This document shows, in pieces, positions 16,341 through 24,545 of a DNA stretch of 33,666 nucleotides. Positions within the stretch are counted from its first letter, which is position 1, and each line of letters opens with the position of its first letter. The stretch is from the IMG/VR virus record IMGVR_UViG_3300045107_000138. One strand, given 5' to 3'. This DNA comes from a virus. Made by a program: the position numbers and the translations under genes. The notes under the pieces are model-generated. The model did not search any database and had not been told where the DNA came from. It saw only the letters and a program-made list of their open reading frames with translations.

Positions 16341-16796
16341 GTGGCATCAGTCAACAAAGTGATCCTCGTCGGCAATCTCGGCCGCGACCCAGAAACCCGC
16401 TACAGCGCCGACGGCGCGGCGATCACCAGCGCCAGCATCGCCACCACCGACAAGTGGAAAGACAAGGCGACCGGCGAGCAGAAGGAAGCCACCGAGTGGC
16501 ACCGCCTCGTCTTCTTCGGCCGCCTGGCCGAGATCGCCGGCGAGTACCTGCGCAAGGGCGGATCGGTCTACGTCGAGGGGAAGCTGCGCACCAGGAAGTG
16601 GACCGACAAGGAAGGCGTTGAGCGGTACACGACCGAGATCGTGGTCGACCAGTTGCAGATGCTCGGCGGCCGCCGCGACGACGACGGCGCCGACACCGAC
16701 CGCCCGGCCAGCCAGCGCGCGCCCAGCCCGGCGCCGCGGCCCGCGGGCAAGCCGGCGACCAGCATCGCCGACATGGACGACGACATTCCGTTCTGA
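16341..16796 (+). CDS. ssb: Single-stranded DNA-binding protein, 151 aa
   Basis: [21 protein letters not shown]...[37 protein letters not shown]...DDDIPF. Canonical OB fold and acidic tip. GTG start with GAGGGGAAGG upstream. Confidence 0.95.
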   Translation: MASVNKVILVGNLGRDPETRYSADGAAITSASIATTDKWKDKATGEQKEATEWHRLVFFGRLAEIAGEYLRKGGSVYVEGKLRTRKWTDKEGVERYTTEIVVDQLQMLGGRRDDDGADTDRPASQRAPSPAPRPAGKPATSIADMDDDIPF

Positions 16797-17302
16797 TGAA
16801 GCGCGACGCCTTTACCCTGCCTCTCGGCCTGCGCGCCGAACTGATCGTCGACAACTTCGCCGGCGGCGGCGGCGCATCCTGCGGCATCGAGCAGGCCATC
16901 GGCCGTCCGGTCGACATCGCGATCAACCACGACCCCGAGGCGATCGCCATGCACCGGATCAACCACCCGAGCACCGTGCACTACTGCGAGTCGGTGTTCA
17001 AGGTGGAGCCGTCCGAGATCACCGGGAACCAGCCGGTCGGGCTGGCGTGGTTCAGCCCCGACTGCACGCACCATTCGAAGGCCAAGGGCGGCGCACCGCG
17101 CAGCCCGCGGGTGCGCGGCCTGGCGTGGGTTGTCATCCGCTGGGCCAAGCGCGTGCGGCCGCGGGTCATCATGCTGGAGAACGTCGAGGAATACCGGCGC
17201 CTGCGGTCGATGCACCACCCCGACAAGGGGGGCGACGCGACGCGGTTCGACGAGATCGAAAAGGCGTGGCGCGAGGCGCAGCAGGTGCTGGGGGCAGCGT
17301 GA
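16796..17302 (+). CDS. Truncated C5 cytosine DNA methyltransferase (motifs I-VI only) fused in frame to a J-domain-like HPD fragment, 168 aa
   Basis: DNFAGGGGAS (motif I), FSPDCTHHSKAKGG (motif IV PC), IMLENVEE (motif VI), then YRRLRSMHHPDKGGDATRFDEIEKAWREAQQVL and a stop. Motifs VIII-X and the target-recognition domain are absent. Confidence 0.7.
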   Translation: MKRDAFTLPLGLRAELIVDNFAGGGGASCGIEQAIGRPVDIAINHDPEAIAMHRINHPSTVHYCESVFKVEPSEITGNQPVGLAWFSPDCTHHSKAKGGAPRSPRVRGLAWVVIRWAKRVRPRVIMLENVEEYRRLRSMHHPDKGGDATRFDEIEKAWREAQQVLGAA

Positions 17303-17868
17303 CGACGTGGAGCGAGCCGCTAATCTGCCGCGCGCTACAGCGCCAGCTGCTGCAGTCGAAGTGCATCGTTCTCGTCGACAACTGCACGTGGGCAGGCAGC
17401 GAAGCCGACGTGCTGGGCGTCACGATGGACGGCAGACTTATCGACATCGAGATCAAGATCAGCCGCGCCGACTTCAAGGCCGACGCGAAGAAGGACAAGT
17501 GGTGGCACTACGTCGGCTACGGCCGCGTGGTCGACGGAAAATGGCAGCAACCCGAGCCGATCCGCCGCGAGTGGCCGCGCCGCGTGTGGAAGCACTACTA
17601 CTGCATGCCTGCCGACGTGTGGCGCGACGACCTGCTGGCCGCCGCCGGCAGCCCGCGCAGCGGCATCCTGACGATCGCCGAACAGAAGGCCGGCGGCGCG
17701 CGCTACGTCATCCGATGCGTGAGGCGCGCGCAGCCGGACAAGGCGGCGGAACGCCTCAAGCCCGAGCAGATGCTCGACATCGCGCGCCTGGCCAACTTGC
17801 GCATGTGGGATGCCTATGCTCGGCTTGAGCGAGAAAGCGGCGACCAGCAACCGCTCAGCGCCGCGTAG
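17299..17868 (+). CDS. PD-(D/E)XK nuclease, MmcB-like, 189 aa
   Basis: GTG 17299 overlaps the upstream stop (GTGA). EADVLGVTMDGRLIDIEIKISRADFKAD fits a D...(D/E)xK core of MmcB-type proteins. Confidence 0.45.
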   Translation: MTTWSEPLICRALQRQLLQSKCIVLVDNCTWAGSEADVLGVTMDGRLIDIEIKISRADFKADAKKDKWWHYVGYGRVVDGKWQQPEPIRREWPRRVWKHYYCMPADVWRDDLLAAAGSPRSGILTIAEQKAGGARYVIRCVRRAQPDKAAERLKPEQMLDIARLANLRMWDAYARLERESGDQQPLSAA

Positions 17869-17876
17869 GTCGACGC

Positions 17877-18086
17877 GTGTTCCTGACCGACGCCGAGATC
17901 GCCGACCTGACGAAGCGCCAGCGCCGCGACGCGCAGGCGCGCGTGCTCGCCTTCATGGGCATCGAGCACAAGCGCCGGCCAGACGGCACCCTGGCGGTGC
18001 TGCGCGCGCACGTCGAGCAGGTGCTCGGCGGCCCGGGCAGCGAGCGTAGGATGGCCGACGCTGAACCCGACTGGACCGCGCTCTGA
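17877..18086 (+). CDS. DUF4224-like small protein upstream of the integrase (possible excision/directionality factor), 69 aa
   Basis: MFLTDAEIADLTKRQRRDAQARVLAFMGIEHKRRPDGTLAV is typical of DUF4224 proteins found just 5' of phage integrases. Confidence 0.5.
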   Translation: MFLTDAEIADLTKRQRRDAQARVLAFMGIEHKRRPDGTLAVLRAHVEQVLGGPGSERRMADAEPDWTAL

Positions 18087-19165
18087 TGCCTCGCAAGCGC
18101 AACCCCGAGAACCGCGGGCTGCCCGCTCGCTGGCAGTTCACGCACGGCGCCTACTACTTCCTCGTGCCGCCCGGGCTGGAATCGCTCTGGGACGGCAAGA
18201 AGCGGTACCGGCTGGGCGGCACGCTGCCCGAGGCATATCGCACATGGAGCGCCCGGCTTGACTGGCACCAGGCGGCGCGCACGATCGCCGACCTGCTCGA
18301 CCGCTACCTGCTCGAGGTTGTTCCGACCAAGGCGCCGACGACGCAGACCGGCAACGCCCTGGCGATCCGCCAGCTGCGCGCCGTGTTCGGCGCCATGCCG
18401 CTGGCCGGCGTGAAGCCGCGCCACGTCTACCAGTACGTCGACAAGCGCAGCCAGAAGCGCGAGGGCAAAGGCGGCCGCACGGTCGCCCACCGCGAGATCG
18501 AGGTGCTGTCGCACGCCTACACGAAGGCGGTCGAGTGGGGGCTGATCGACCGCCACCCGTTCAAGGGCGAAGTGCGCCTGCAGGGCGAGCGGCCGCGCGA
18601 TCGCTACGTCGAGGACTGGGAAGTGATCGAATGCCTGGCGCTCGACAGCCGCCGCAAGAAGGGCAGCGTGTTGGCGATCCAGGCGTACATCCGGCTCAAG
18701 CTGATGACCGGCATGGCGCGCGGCGACCTGCTGCGCCTGCAAGTGCCGGACCTGCGCGACGACGGCATCCACGTGCAGCGCCACAAGACCGCCAGCACCA
18801 CGGGCAAGCGCACGGTCTACGCGTGGACCCCGGAGCTACGCGCGGCGGTCGACGAGGCGAAGGCCGCGCGGCCGGTGCTGTCGCCGTTCCTGTTCTGCAA
18901 CCGCGCCGGCCGTGGCTACATCGACGAGACCACGGGCGAGGCGCACGGCTGGGACAGCATGTGGCAGCGGTTCATGGATCGCGTGCTGCGCGAGACCCAG
19001 GTGCGCGAGCGGTTCACCGAGCACGACCTGCGCGCGAAGTGCGCCAGCGACGCCGACAGCCTCGAGCGCGCCCGCGCGCTTCTGCAGCACGCCGACAGCC
19101 GGACGACGGAACGCCACTACCGGCGCCGGCCCGAGCGCGTCGAGCCGTTGAAGGGCGTCGGTTGA
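18086..19165 (+). CDS. int: Tyrosine recombinase / phage integrase, 359 aa
   Basis: C-terminal catalytic pattern FTEHDLRAKCASD...LLQHADSRTTERHY (H-x-x-R ... H ... Y). Adjacent to attP. Confidence 0.9.
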   Translation: MPRKRNPENRGLPARWQFTHGAYYFLVPPGLESLWDGKKRYRLGGTLPEAYRTWSARLDWHQAARTIADLLDRYLLEVVPTKAPTTQTGNALAIRQLRAVFGAMPLAGVKPRHVYQYVDKRSQKREGKGGRTVAHREIEVLSHAYTKAVEWGLIDRHPFKGEVRLQGERPRDRYVEDWEVIECLALDSRRKKGSVLAIQAYIRLKLMTGMARGDLLRLQVPDLRDDGIHVQRHKTASTTGKRTVYAWTPELRAAVDEAKAARPVLSPFLFCNRAGRGYIDETTGEAHGWDSMWQRFMDRVLRETQVRERFTEHDLRAKCASDADSLERARALLQHADSRTTERHYRRRPERVEPLKGVG

Positions 19166-19193
19166 ATTGCACAACCCGGCGCCAATTGCACAA
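19165..19193 (+). repeat. Two direct copies of AATTGCACAA (candidate integrase arm-type sites, left arm)
   Basis: Perfect 10-mers at 19165-19174 and 19184-19193. Confidence 0.5.
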
Positions 19194-19228
19194 ACGCCAC
19201 CGCGAGGGTGGCGTAAGTGCTTGAATAG

Positions 19229-19275
19229 TGGCGCGCCCGGCAGGATTCGAACCCACGACCCCTTGGTTCGTAGCC
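19229..19275 (-). other. attP core: 3' 47 nt of a tRNA-Arg(ACG)-like gene (anticodon loop to CCA); not a complete tRNA
   Basis: Minus strand reads GGCTACGAACCAAGGGGTCGTGGGTTCGAATCCTGCCGGGCGCGCCA. The T-arm and acceptor 3' strand are tRNA-like. No matching 5' acceptor strand, D-arm or 5' anticodon-stem strand lies upstream. Confidence 0.7.
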
Positions 19276-19329
19276 GGTCACTCTGGCGGCCTGTTTCCGC
19301 TTCCGGGTCAACGCGTTACGTGCCGCGCT

Positions 19330-19339
19330 TTGTGCAATT
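19330..19339 (-). repeat. Inverted perfect copy of AATTGCACAA (right arm)
   Basis: Plus strand reads ttgtgcaatt at 19330-19339. Confidence 0.5.
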
Positions 19340-19394
19340 CGTTGCGCCTATCGGCCGCGCTAAGCCCCTGTTTTGCCGTGGTCGGCCGGCGCTG

Positions 19395-19402
19395 AATTGC
19401 AC
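19395..19402 (+). repeat. Partial (8/10) copy AATTGCAC (right arm)
   Basis: Read directly. Confidence 0.35.
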
Positions 19403-19406
19403 GCGT

Positions 19407-19958
19407 TCAGTTGTCGTCGCTCGGCCCCGTCACGCTTGGCGCTTTGGGCCAGGCGGCGACGCAGGCGACGACCTCGGCGGCGTACTGGTCGCGCTCCCGG
19501 GCGGCGATTGCAGCAGTTCGTCCAACCTCTGCAGCTGCGGCGCCAAGATCGGCTGCATAGGCTGCAAGTGCTTGAGCTCGATCTTCACAGGTGGCGCCGG
19601 GATTCGCGCCGGCTGCACCGGCGGCGTAGGCGGCAAGCTGGTCGCGCAACCGGCCAGCATCCAGGCGCAGGCCAGCCAGGTGGCGGCCCTGCTCGTCGAT
19701 TGTCTTGCGCGCATCGTCCAGTTCCTTCTGCGCCGCGTCGGCGCGGTCCTGCCAGCGCGCTTCAATGTCGCGCTGCTTGGCCTGCTCCAACGCGATCGCG
19801 CGCTGGGTGGCTGCCTGCTGCTGCTCCCACTTGGCCCGCCAGTCCTTGGTCTCGTGGCTGGCGCCCCAGCGGTACGCGCCGCAGTGGCTGACCGCCAGGG
19901 CCAGCGCCACCACCAGCCAAAGCTTCGGGCTCAGCATGCCGAGCGCCAGCAGGTTCAC
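19407..19958 (-). CDS. Rz: Rz-like i-spanin, 183 aa
   Basis: GTG 19958 overlaps the endolysin stop (GTGA). N-terminal TM segment NLLALGMLSPKLWLVVALALAV followed by a long coiled coil. Last gene of the lysis cassette. Confidence 0.7.
   Translation of the reverse strand: MNLLALGMLSPKLWLVVALALAVSHCGAYRWGASHETKDWRAKWEQQQAATQRAIALEQAKQRDIEARWQDRADAAQKELDDARKTIDEQGRHLAGLRLDAGRLRDQLAAYAAGAAGANPGATCEDRAQALAAYAADLGAAAAEVGRTAAIAARERDQYAAEVVACVAAWPKAPSVTGPSDDN
19430..19714 (-). CDS. Rz1: Rz1-like o-spanin lipoprotein, fully embedded in Rz in the +1 frame, 94 aa
   Basis: MRARQSTSRAATWLACAWMLAGC carries an LAGC lipobox and is followed by a Pro-rich mature part (SLPPTPPVQPARIPAPP). Confidence 0.6.
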   Translation of the reverse strand: MRARQSTSRAATWLACAWMLAGCATSLPPTPPVQPARIPAPPVKIELKHLQPMQPILAPQLQRLDELLQSPPGSATSTPPRSSPASPPGPKRQA

Positions 19959-20326
19959 GCCGTCACCGTGTCGGCGAGCTCGTAGTGCGGCCCGTCGCGG
20001 AACCGCGGCCAGTCGCCGCCCCAGACGATCGGGGTATCGAGTTCCTTGGCCGCCTGCTTCACGACCTCGGCCAGCCGCTCGTACAGCGGCCAATCCCAGC
20101 GCACCTCGCCGTCGACCACGACCGCTACGTCGACCGCGCGGCCGGTCAGGTGCTTGCTGTTCATGGTGCGCGAGGCGCCCGCCTTGACCAGCGCCGCCTG
20201 CTTCTCGCGCGTGCGCACGCCCTCGGTGATGATGAAGTCAAGCGCCGACATTCCCGCCGCGCGCCGGATCACCGCGACGAGGCGCGGATTCACGCCCTGC
20301 AGCCGCTGCTCGCAGCGCGGCGTCAC
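19955..20326 (-). CDS. Endolysin, peptidase M15 (VanY / L-Ala-D-Glu peptidase type), 123 aa
   Basis: GVNPRLVAVIRRA...ITEGVRTREKQ...SKHLTGRAVDV...WGGDW...DGPHYEL contains the SxHxxGxAxD zinc-binding motif. GTG 20326 overlaps the upstream stop. Confidence 0.8.
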   Translation of the reverse strand: MTPRCEQRLQGVNPRLVAVIRRAAGMSALDFIITEGVRTREKQAALVKAGASRTMNSKHLTGRAVDVAVVVDGEVRWDWPLYERLAEVVKQAAKELDTPIVWGGDWPRFRDGPHYELADTVTA

Positions 20327-20613
20327 GGGTGCCTCATCGTCCGCGGCCGCTCGTACTTGGCCCGATGCCCAGGCGGCCACCGCAGGCCGGCGGCCTTGAG
20401 CATGCACACGCCGACCAGCAGCGACAGCACCGAGACCACCGGCAGCACCTCGGCGCGCAGTTCGATGATCCCGACCAGACCGCCCCACGCCAGCAGGATG
20501 AACGACCAGCGCCGCAGGCCGGCGGTGCGCCGGGTCATGCGCGTGAGCACGCCGAAGCCGTGGATTGCCACCACCGCGCAGCCCAGCCCGTAGATCAGCA
20601 TCAGCCACAACAC
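20323..20613 (-). CDS. 3-TM membrane protein between holin and endolysin (second holin/antiholin candidate), about 96 aa
   Basis: Three hydrophobic helices: LWLMLIYGLGCAVVAIHGFGVL, WSFILLAWGGLVGIIEL, VLPVVSVLSLLVGVCML. Start is GTG 20613 or ATG 20601. Confidence 0.5.
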   Translation of the reverse strand: MLWLMLIYGLGCAVVAIHGFGVLTRMTRRTAGLRRWSFILLAWGGLVGIIELRAEVLPVVSVLSLLVGVCMLKAAGLRWPPGHRAKYERPRTMRHP

Positions 20614-20615
20614 GG

Positions 20616-20960
20616 TCAGCCCCCCGCTTTGCGCTCGATGGCCTTGCGAACGAACTCCGGTAGCCAGGTCTTCAAGTGCTGGGCGCTGGCGTAGATCGCG
20701 CCACAGACCACGAAGCCGACCAGCGAGAACAGGCCCGCGAAGCCGGCCAGCACGTAGTCGCGGATCTCGGCCGGCGGCGCGATGTAGTGGACCGCGATCG
20801 GCGCCGAGACCACGGCAAAGCCGAAGCCGGCAGCGAAGGCGACACCCGCCGCCACCAGCGTCAGCCGCTCGATGAACGACAGGCCGATCAGCGCGCCGAG
20901 CACCGAGAACGCCTCGAGCCCGTACTTGCGGATCACGTCGGCGATGGTCAGGCTGGTCAT
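20616..20960 (-). CDS. Holin candidate (3 TM), 114 aa
   Basis: First gene of the lysis cluster. Three hydrophobic segments and a basic C-terminus KAIERKAGG. Confidence 0.6.
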   Translation of the reverse strand: MTSLTIADVIRKYGLEAFSVLGALIGLSFIERLTLVAAGVAFAAGFGFAVVSAPIAVHYIAPPAEIRDYVLAGFAGLFSLVGFVVCGAIYASAQHLKTWLPEFVRKAIERKAGG

Positions 20961-20966
20961 GTGAGG

Positions 20967-22937
20967 TTATGCATTGATGCTGCGGCACTTCTCGATCCAC
21001 GTCGTGCCCACCAGGTACAGCGTGATCGAGTCGTCGGCGTTCGGCGTGAAGTTCGCGCCGCCGGCCAGCTTCATGTTGGCGTTGGCCTGCACCGTGGTCT
21101 GCGCATTGGCGAAGACGATGGTGATCTCCTGCCCGGCAACACCGTCATCGAAGTAGGTGATCGTCGTCAGGCCGCTGTTGTTGCAGACGAAGTGGTTGCT
21201 CGTCGAGACGCTTGGCGTGGTGTCGTTGTTCGGAAACGTGGGCACGCTCTGGTTGGCGACCCGCAGGAACACCGAGCGGTTCGCGTAGTGCTCGGCCACG
21301 AGCACATCGCCACCGCTGCCACTGTTGACGTACTGCTCGAGCGCGCGCGACACCGAGTTCAGCTTCTGGTGGAAGGCGTTGCCGTTCACGTTGTTGAACA
21401 GCCGGATGCCCAGGTTGTTGTCGTCGCGGAACAGCCAGCCCGCCGAGTGCGTCCCGAGCACGCGAGCCACCAGCGCGTAGAAGCGGCCGACCAGCCAGCC
21501 CGGCCCGTTCAGGCCGCTCGTGGTGATGTCCGCCGAGCAGCCGCTCGGCACGGTCGGGAAGGGCTGCGCGTTGCTCATGTCGTAGCAGACGATCGTGCCC
21601 GGATTCGTCACGCCGACCTGATACTCGACACCGCCCGCACTGGCCTGCAGGTGGAAGAAATAGAACTGGTTGGGCGGCGTGGCAGAGTTCTGAAACCGCA
21701 CCCCCGGACCCGCGCCGCCGTCGCGGAAGATGAAGGTCTGGATGAAGGTGTTGTTGTCGCCGAAGATCAGGTCGAGGCCCGCAGCGCCCGTGAAGGCCAG
21801 CGCCGTGTTGATGAAGGTGTTGTGCCACGAGCCGCTGAGCGACGTGCCATTGAACCGCATGGCGATCGGGGCCGACGCGCCGAAGCTCTTGAACGTGTTG
21901 TAGCTGTTCGCGGCGTCGATCACGCCCGAGGTTTCGGTCAGCTCGATGCCCACCGTCACCGCGTTGTCGACGTAGACGTTTTCCCACACCGAGAACTGCA
22001 CGCGGTCCAGTATCAGCGGGAAAGTCGCAACGTTGTTGCCGTCGATGTATACGTTGCGCAGGCTCGACCCTTTGGTGCGGAAGACCGTGATGCCTGCGGC
22101 AGCAGCCGTGCACTTGATCCGCGCCTGCGTGGTGAGTCCCGCATTGGGATCGTAGGACGGCCCGGGTCCCTCGATCGTGATGCCGTCGCCGTCGACCGTG
22201 ACGCGCGAGCCGATGCACGTCACGCCGTCGAAGATGATGCGGGCGCCGCCGCGCAGCTTGGCCGCGGCGATGGCGCGCGTCCAGGCCGTCGCGTCATCGG
22301 TCGAGCCGTCGCACAGCGCACCAAAGTCCTTGACGTGGATCGGTGCAGAGTCGCGCAGCTTGGCCTGCAACGTCCGCGCGACTGCATTCAACCCGGACTG
22401 AAGAAAGCCAACTAGCGATGATCCGATTGAGGACAGAAGGTCAAGCGCCAGCTGCGTAGCGGTGCCGAGAACCGACGATATTGCTTGCGGCTGGCCAGAG
22501 CCATCGAAGGCGAGTAGCTTGCCGGCACGATTTGCAGCAGTTGGTAGGTCGACAAGCGCCAAGGCATCGGAGTCAGGAACCCGAAGCGAACGAGCAACGC
22601 GCGCATCAACCTGCTGCAGCAGCATGGTCTGCGCGTCTTGGTCGTCATCGAGCGTGGCCTCAAGCAGATCGCCGTTGGCCTGATAGTCGGTCGCGCGTTC
22701 CAGCGGCATCACGCGCCGCAGGATGATGGACGCTCCGTTGGCAGGCGGCACGGTAAACACCACGTTGCCGCCGCCCGGGTTGTTCACGCCCGTGACCGAG
22801 TAGCCCGACGCCTGCACGACGCCGTCGACCTGCACCTGCATGTGGGCCGCCGCCAAGATGCGGCAGCCGAACGCGAACGTGGTCGCTACCCCGTTGCCGG
22901 TGTACGTGAACCGGGTTTCCTGTGCCGTGACGGGCAT
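20967..22937 (-). CDS. Tailspike / tail fibre with pectate-lyase-type beta-helix (polysaccharide depolymerase candidate), 656 aa
   Basis: N-terminus TRFTYTGNGVATTFAF is typical of podovirus fibre adaptor domains. VKDFGALCDGSTDDATAWTRAIAAA is the Pectate_lyase_3-like entry motif. The remainder is repetitive and Asn/Gly/Val-rich. Confidence 0.75.
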   Translation of the reverse strand: MPVTAQETRFTYTGNGVATTFAFGCRILAAAHMQVQVDGVVQASGYSVTGVNNPGGGNVVFTVPPANGASIILRRVMPLERATDYQANGDLLEATLDDDQDAQTMLLQQVDARVARSLRVPDSDALALVDLPTAANRAGKLLAFDGSGQPQAISSVLGTATQLALDLLSSIGSSLVGFLQSGLNAVARTLQAKLRDSAPIHVKDFGALCDGSTDDATAWTRAIAAAKLRGGARIIFDGVTCIGSRVTVDGDGITIEGPGPSYDPNAGLTTQARIKCTAAAAGITVFRTKGSSLRNVYIDGNNVATFPLILDRVQFSVWENVYVDNAVTVGIELTETSGVIDAANSYNTFKSFGASAPIAMRFNGTSLSGSWHNTFINTALAFTGAAGLDLIFGDNNTFIQTFIFRDGGAGPGVRFQNSATPPNQFYFFHLQASAGGVEYQVGVTNPGTIVCYDMSNAQPFPTVPSGCSADITTSGLNGPGWLVGRFYALVARVLGTHSAGWLFRDDNNLGIRLFNNVNGNAFHQKLNSVSRALEQYVNSGSGGDVLVAEHYANRSVFLRVANQSVPTFPNNDTTPSVSTSNHFVCNNSGLTTITYFDDGVAGQEITIVFANAQTTVQANANMKLAGGANFTPNADDSITLYLVGTTWIEKCRSINA

Positions 22938-22946
22938 GCCGAGCGC

Positions 22947-24545
22947 CTAGCCAAAGTCCACCTCGACCTCGTGTTGGCCTGCACCCGGTGCCCACACTTG
23001 CACGCGCTCGGTGGCCGGCATGGTTCCGACCACGTGCCCAATGCGTGCGGGCGTTTGCATGATGGCGCCGGCCAGCGAGTCCAGATAGTCGACCCGCTGG
23101 CCCGACGCGCCCGGCACATAGTCGCGCATCTGGTCGGGCATCTTGCCCTCCCACAGCGACACATGCGCCCAAAGGAAGCGCCCCGATAGCGGGGTCTCTA
23201 TCGCGTCGAGAATGTATGCATGCTTATTCCCTGTGCGTGTGATTTCGTTCACGGCGCAGCCCGTGTTCCGCAGGTGCTTGCGCAGGATGTCGGGCACGAA
23301 CGCGCCCAGCCCGTTGGTCTCCACCGTGACGCCGGTCAGCTGGTAGGTCTTCACGAGCGCCAGCACCTGCAGGCACTGGCTGTCGATGTCGCCCGTAAGC
23401 TCGGCTGCCCGGTGCCAGTAGTAGTGCCCGCGCTGGTCCGTGAACACGATCGACAGCACGCTGTCGCAGGTGTCGACCTTGCCGAGCGCCGGATCCCAGT
23501 ACGCCAACGCGCCCACCATCAGCGCCTTGCCTAGCCAGAACTCCACGCGCCCGTAGCCCATGACCAGCTTCGGCTCGACCGCGTAGGCGCGCAGGTTGTC
23601 GGGGTTCAGCCTGATCTCGTTGACCGGCTTGGCGTGCAGCTGATACTGGCTGTCCCACTCGTTGATCGTGCGGCACTTGCGCCGGCGCTTGATGAGCTCG
23701 GCGCGGCCGAATCGCTCGGGCCAGGCGCAGCCCGCATAGAAGTCGACGAGGCCGCCGGGCGGATCGGTGCGGAACTCCACGCCGTCGGGCCGCAGCTGGT
23801 AGTCGGTGCCCTCGACCAGCAGCCGCGCCTGCTTGCCCACGCCGGCGAACACCACGTCGGGCCGGAACGGCAGGCGCACCCGCTTGGCGGTGCAGTCCTC
23901 GACCCGGTGCTCGAACTCGAACAGGCGAATAATCAGCGCGTCGGCGCCCGCGTCGATCTGTTCCTGATACAGGCTGTCGTGCGTGTGCGGCGTGCCCACG
24001 TAGAGCGTGCGCGCGCCAGGGACCGCGATGTGCGTCTGCTCGCCCAGCCGGTAGCGCAGCTTCTCGCGCGCCTCGGGCGTGGTGATGTTGCGCGGCACCT
24101 CTACGTCGTCGTTCTGTACCTCGTCGGCGCGCGAGCTCGTGATGTTCGACAGCACGCCGGCGGCCTGCATCGACGGGTTGCGCTCGTCGTTCGCGCCGGG
24201 TACCCACCAGAACGAGACCTCGCCGCGCACCGCGCGCAGGTGGCGGGTCAGCGGGTGGCGCATCAGCACCGCCTTGGTGTCGCGCGCCGTCTTGTACGCG
24301 GTCGGGTCGTCCGGCCCTTGGTGCAGGATGCGGTGCGTCGGGTCGCAGTAGTAGCGCCAGGCGTTGTGTATCGCCAGCAGCGTCGACTTGCCGAAGCCGC
24401 GCGCCATCATCAGCACGGCGGTCTCGCCGCGGTGCTCGAGCCAGTCGCAGACCCGATAGTGGAACGCTGGCGCCTTCCAGCCGCGCTGCTGCGCCCAGAC
24501 GTGGAAGAACTCGGCGCAGCTGGCCCGGTCAGTCGTCGTCGCCAC
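22947..24545 (-). CDS. terL: Terminase large subunit, 532 aa
   Basis: Walker A-like MMARGFGKST. Size and position match T7 gp19 logic (after the small subunit). GTG start overlaps the terS end. Confidence 0.85.
   Translation of the reverse strand: MATTTDRASCAEFFHVWAQQRGWKAPAFHYRVCDWLEHRGETAVLMMARGFGKSTLLAIHNAWRYYCDPTHRILHQGPDDPTAYKTARDTKAVLMRHPLTRHLRAVRGEVSFWWVPGANDERNPSMQAAGVLSNITSSRADEVQNDDVEVPRNITTPEAREKLRYRLGEQTHIAVPGARTLYVGTPHTHDSLYQEQIDAGADALIIRLFEFEHRVEDCTAKRVRLPFRPDVVFAGVGKQARLLVEGTDYQLRPDGVEFRTDPPGGLVDFYAGCAWPERFGRAELIKRRRKCRTINEWDSQYQLHAKPVNEIRLNPDNLRAYAVEPKLVMGYGRVEFWLGKALMVGALAYWDPALGKVDTCDSVLSIVFTDQRGHYYWHRAAELTGDIDSQCLQVLALVKTYQLTGVTVETNGLGAFVPDILRKHLRNTGCAVNEITRTGNKHAYILDAIETPLSGRFLWAHVSLWEGKMPDQMRDYVPGASGQRVDYLDSLAGAIMQTPARIGHVVGTMPATERVQVWAPGAGQHEVEVDFG

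Noticed and set aside
19229-19310. A complete tRNA gene next to the integrase
   Set aside because: Only the anticodon loop through CCA is tRNA-like. The sequence upstream on the minus strand cannot pair with the acceptor 3' strand or the anticodon-stem 3' strand, and no D-arm is present. It is interpreted as the attP core.
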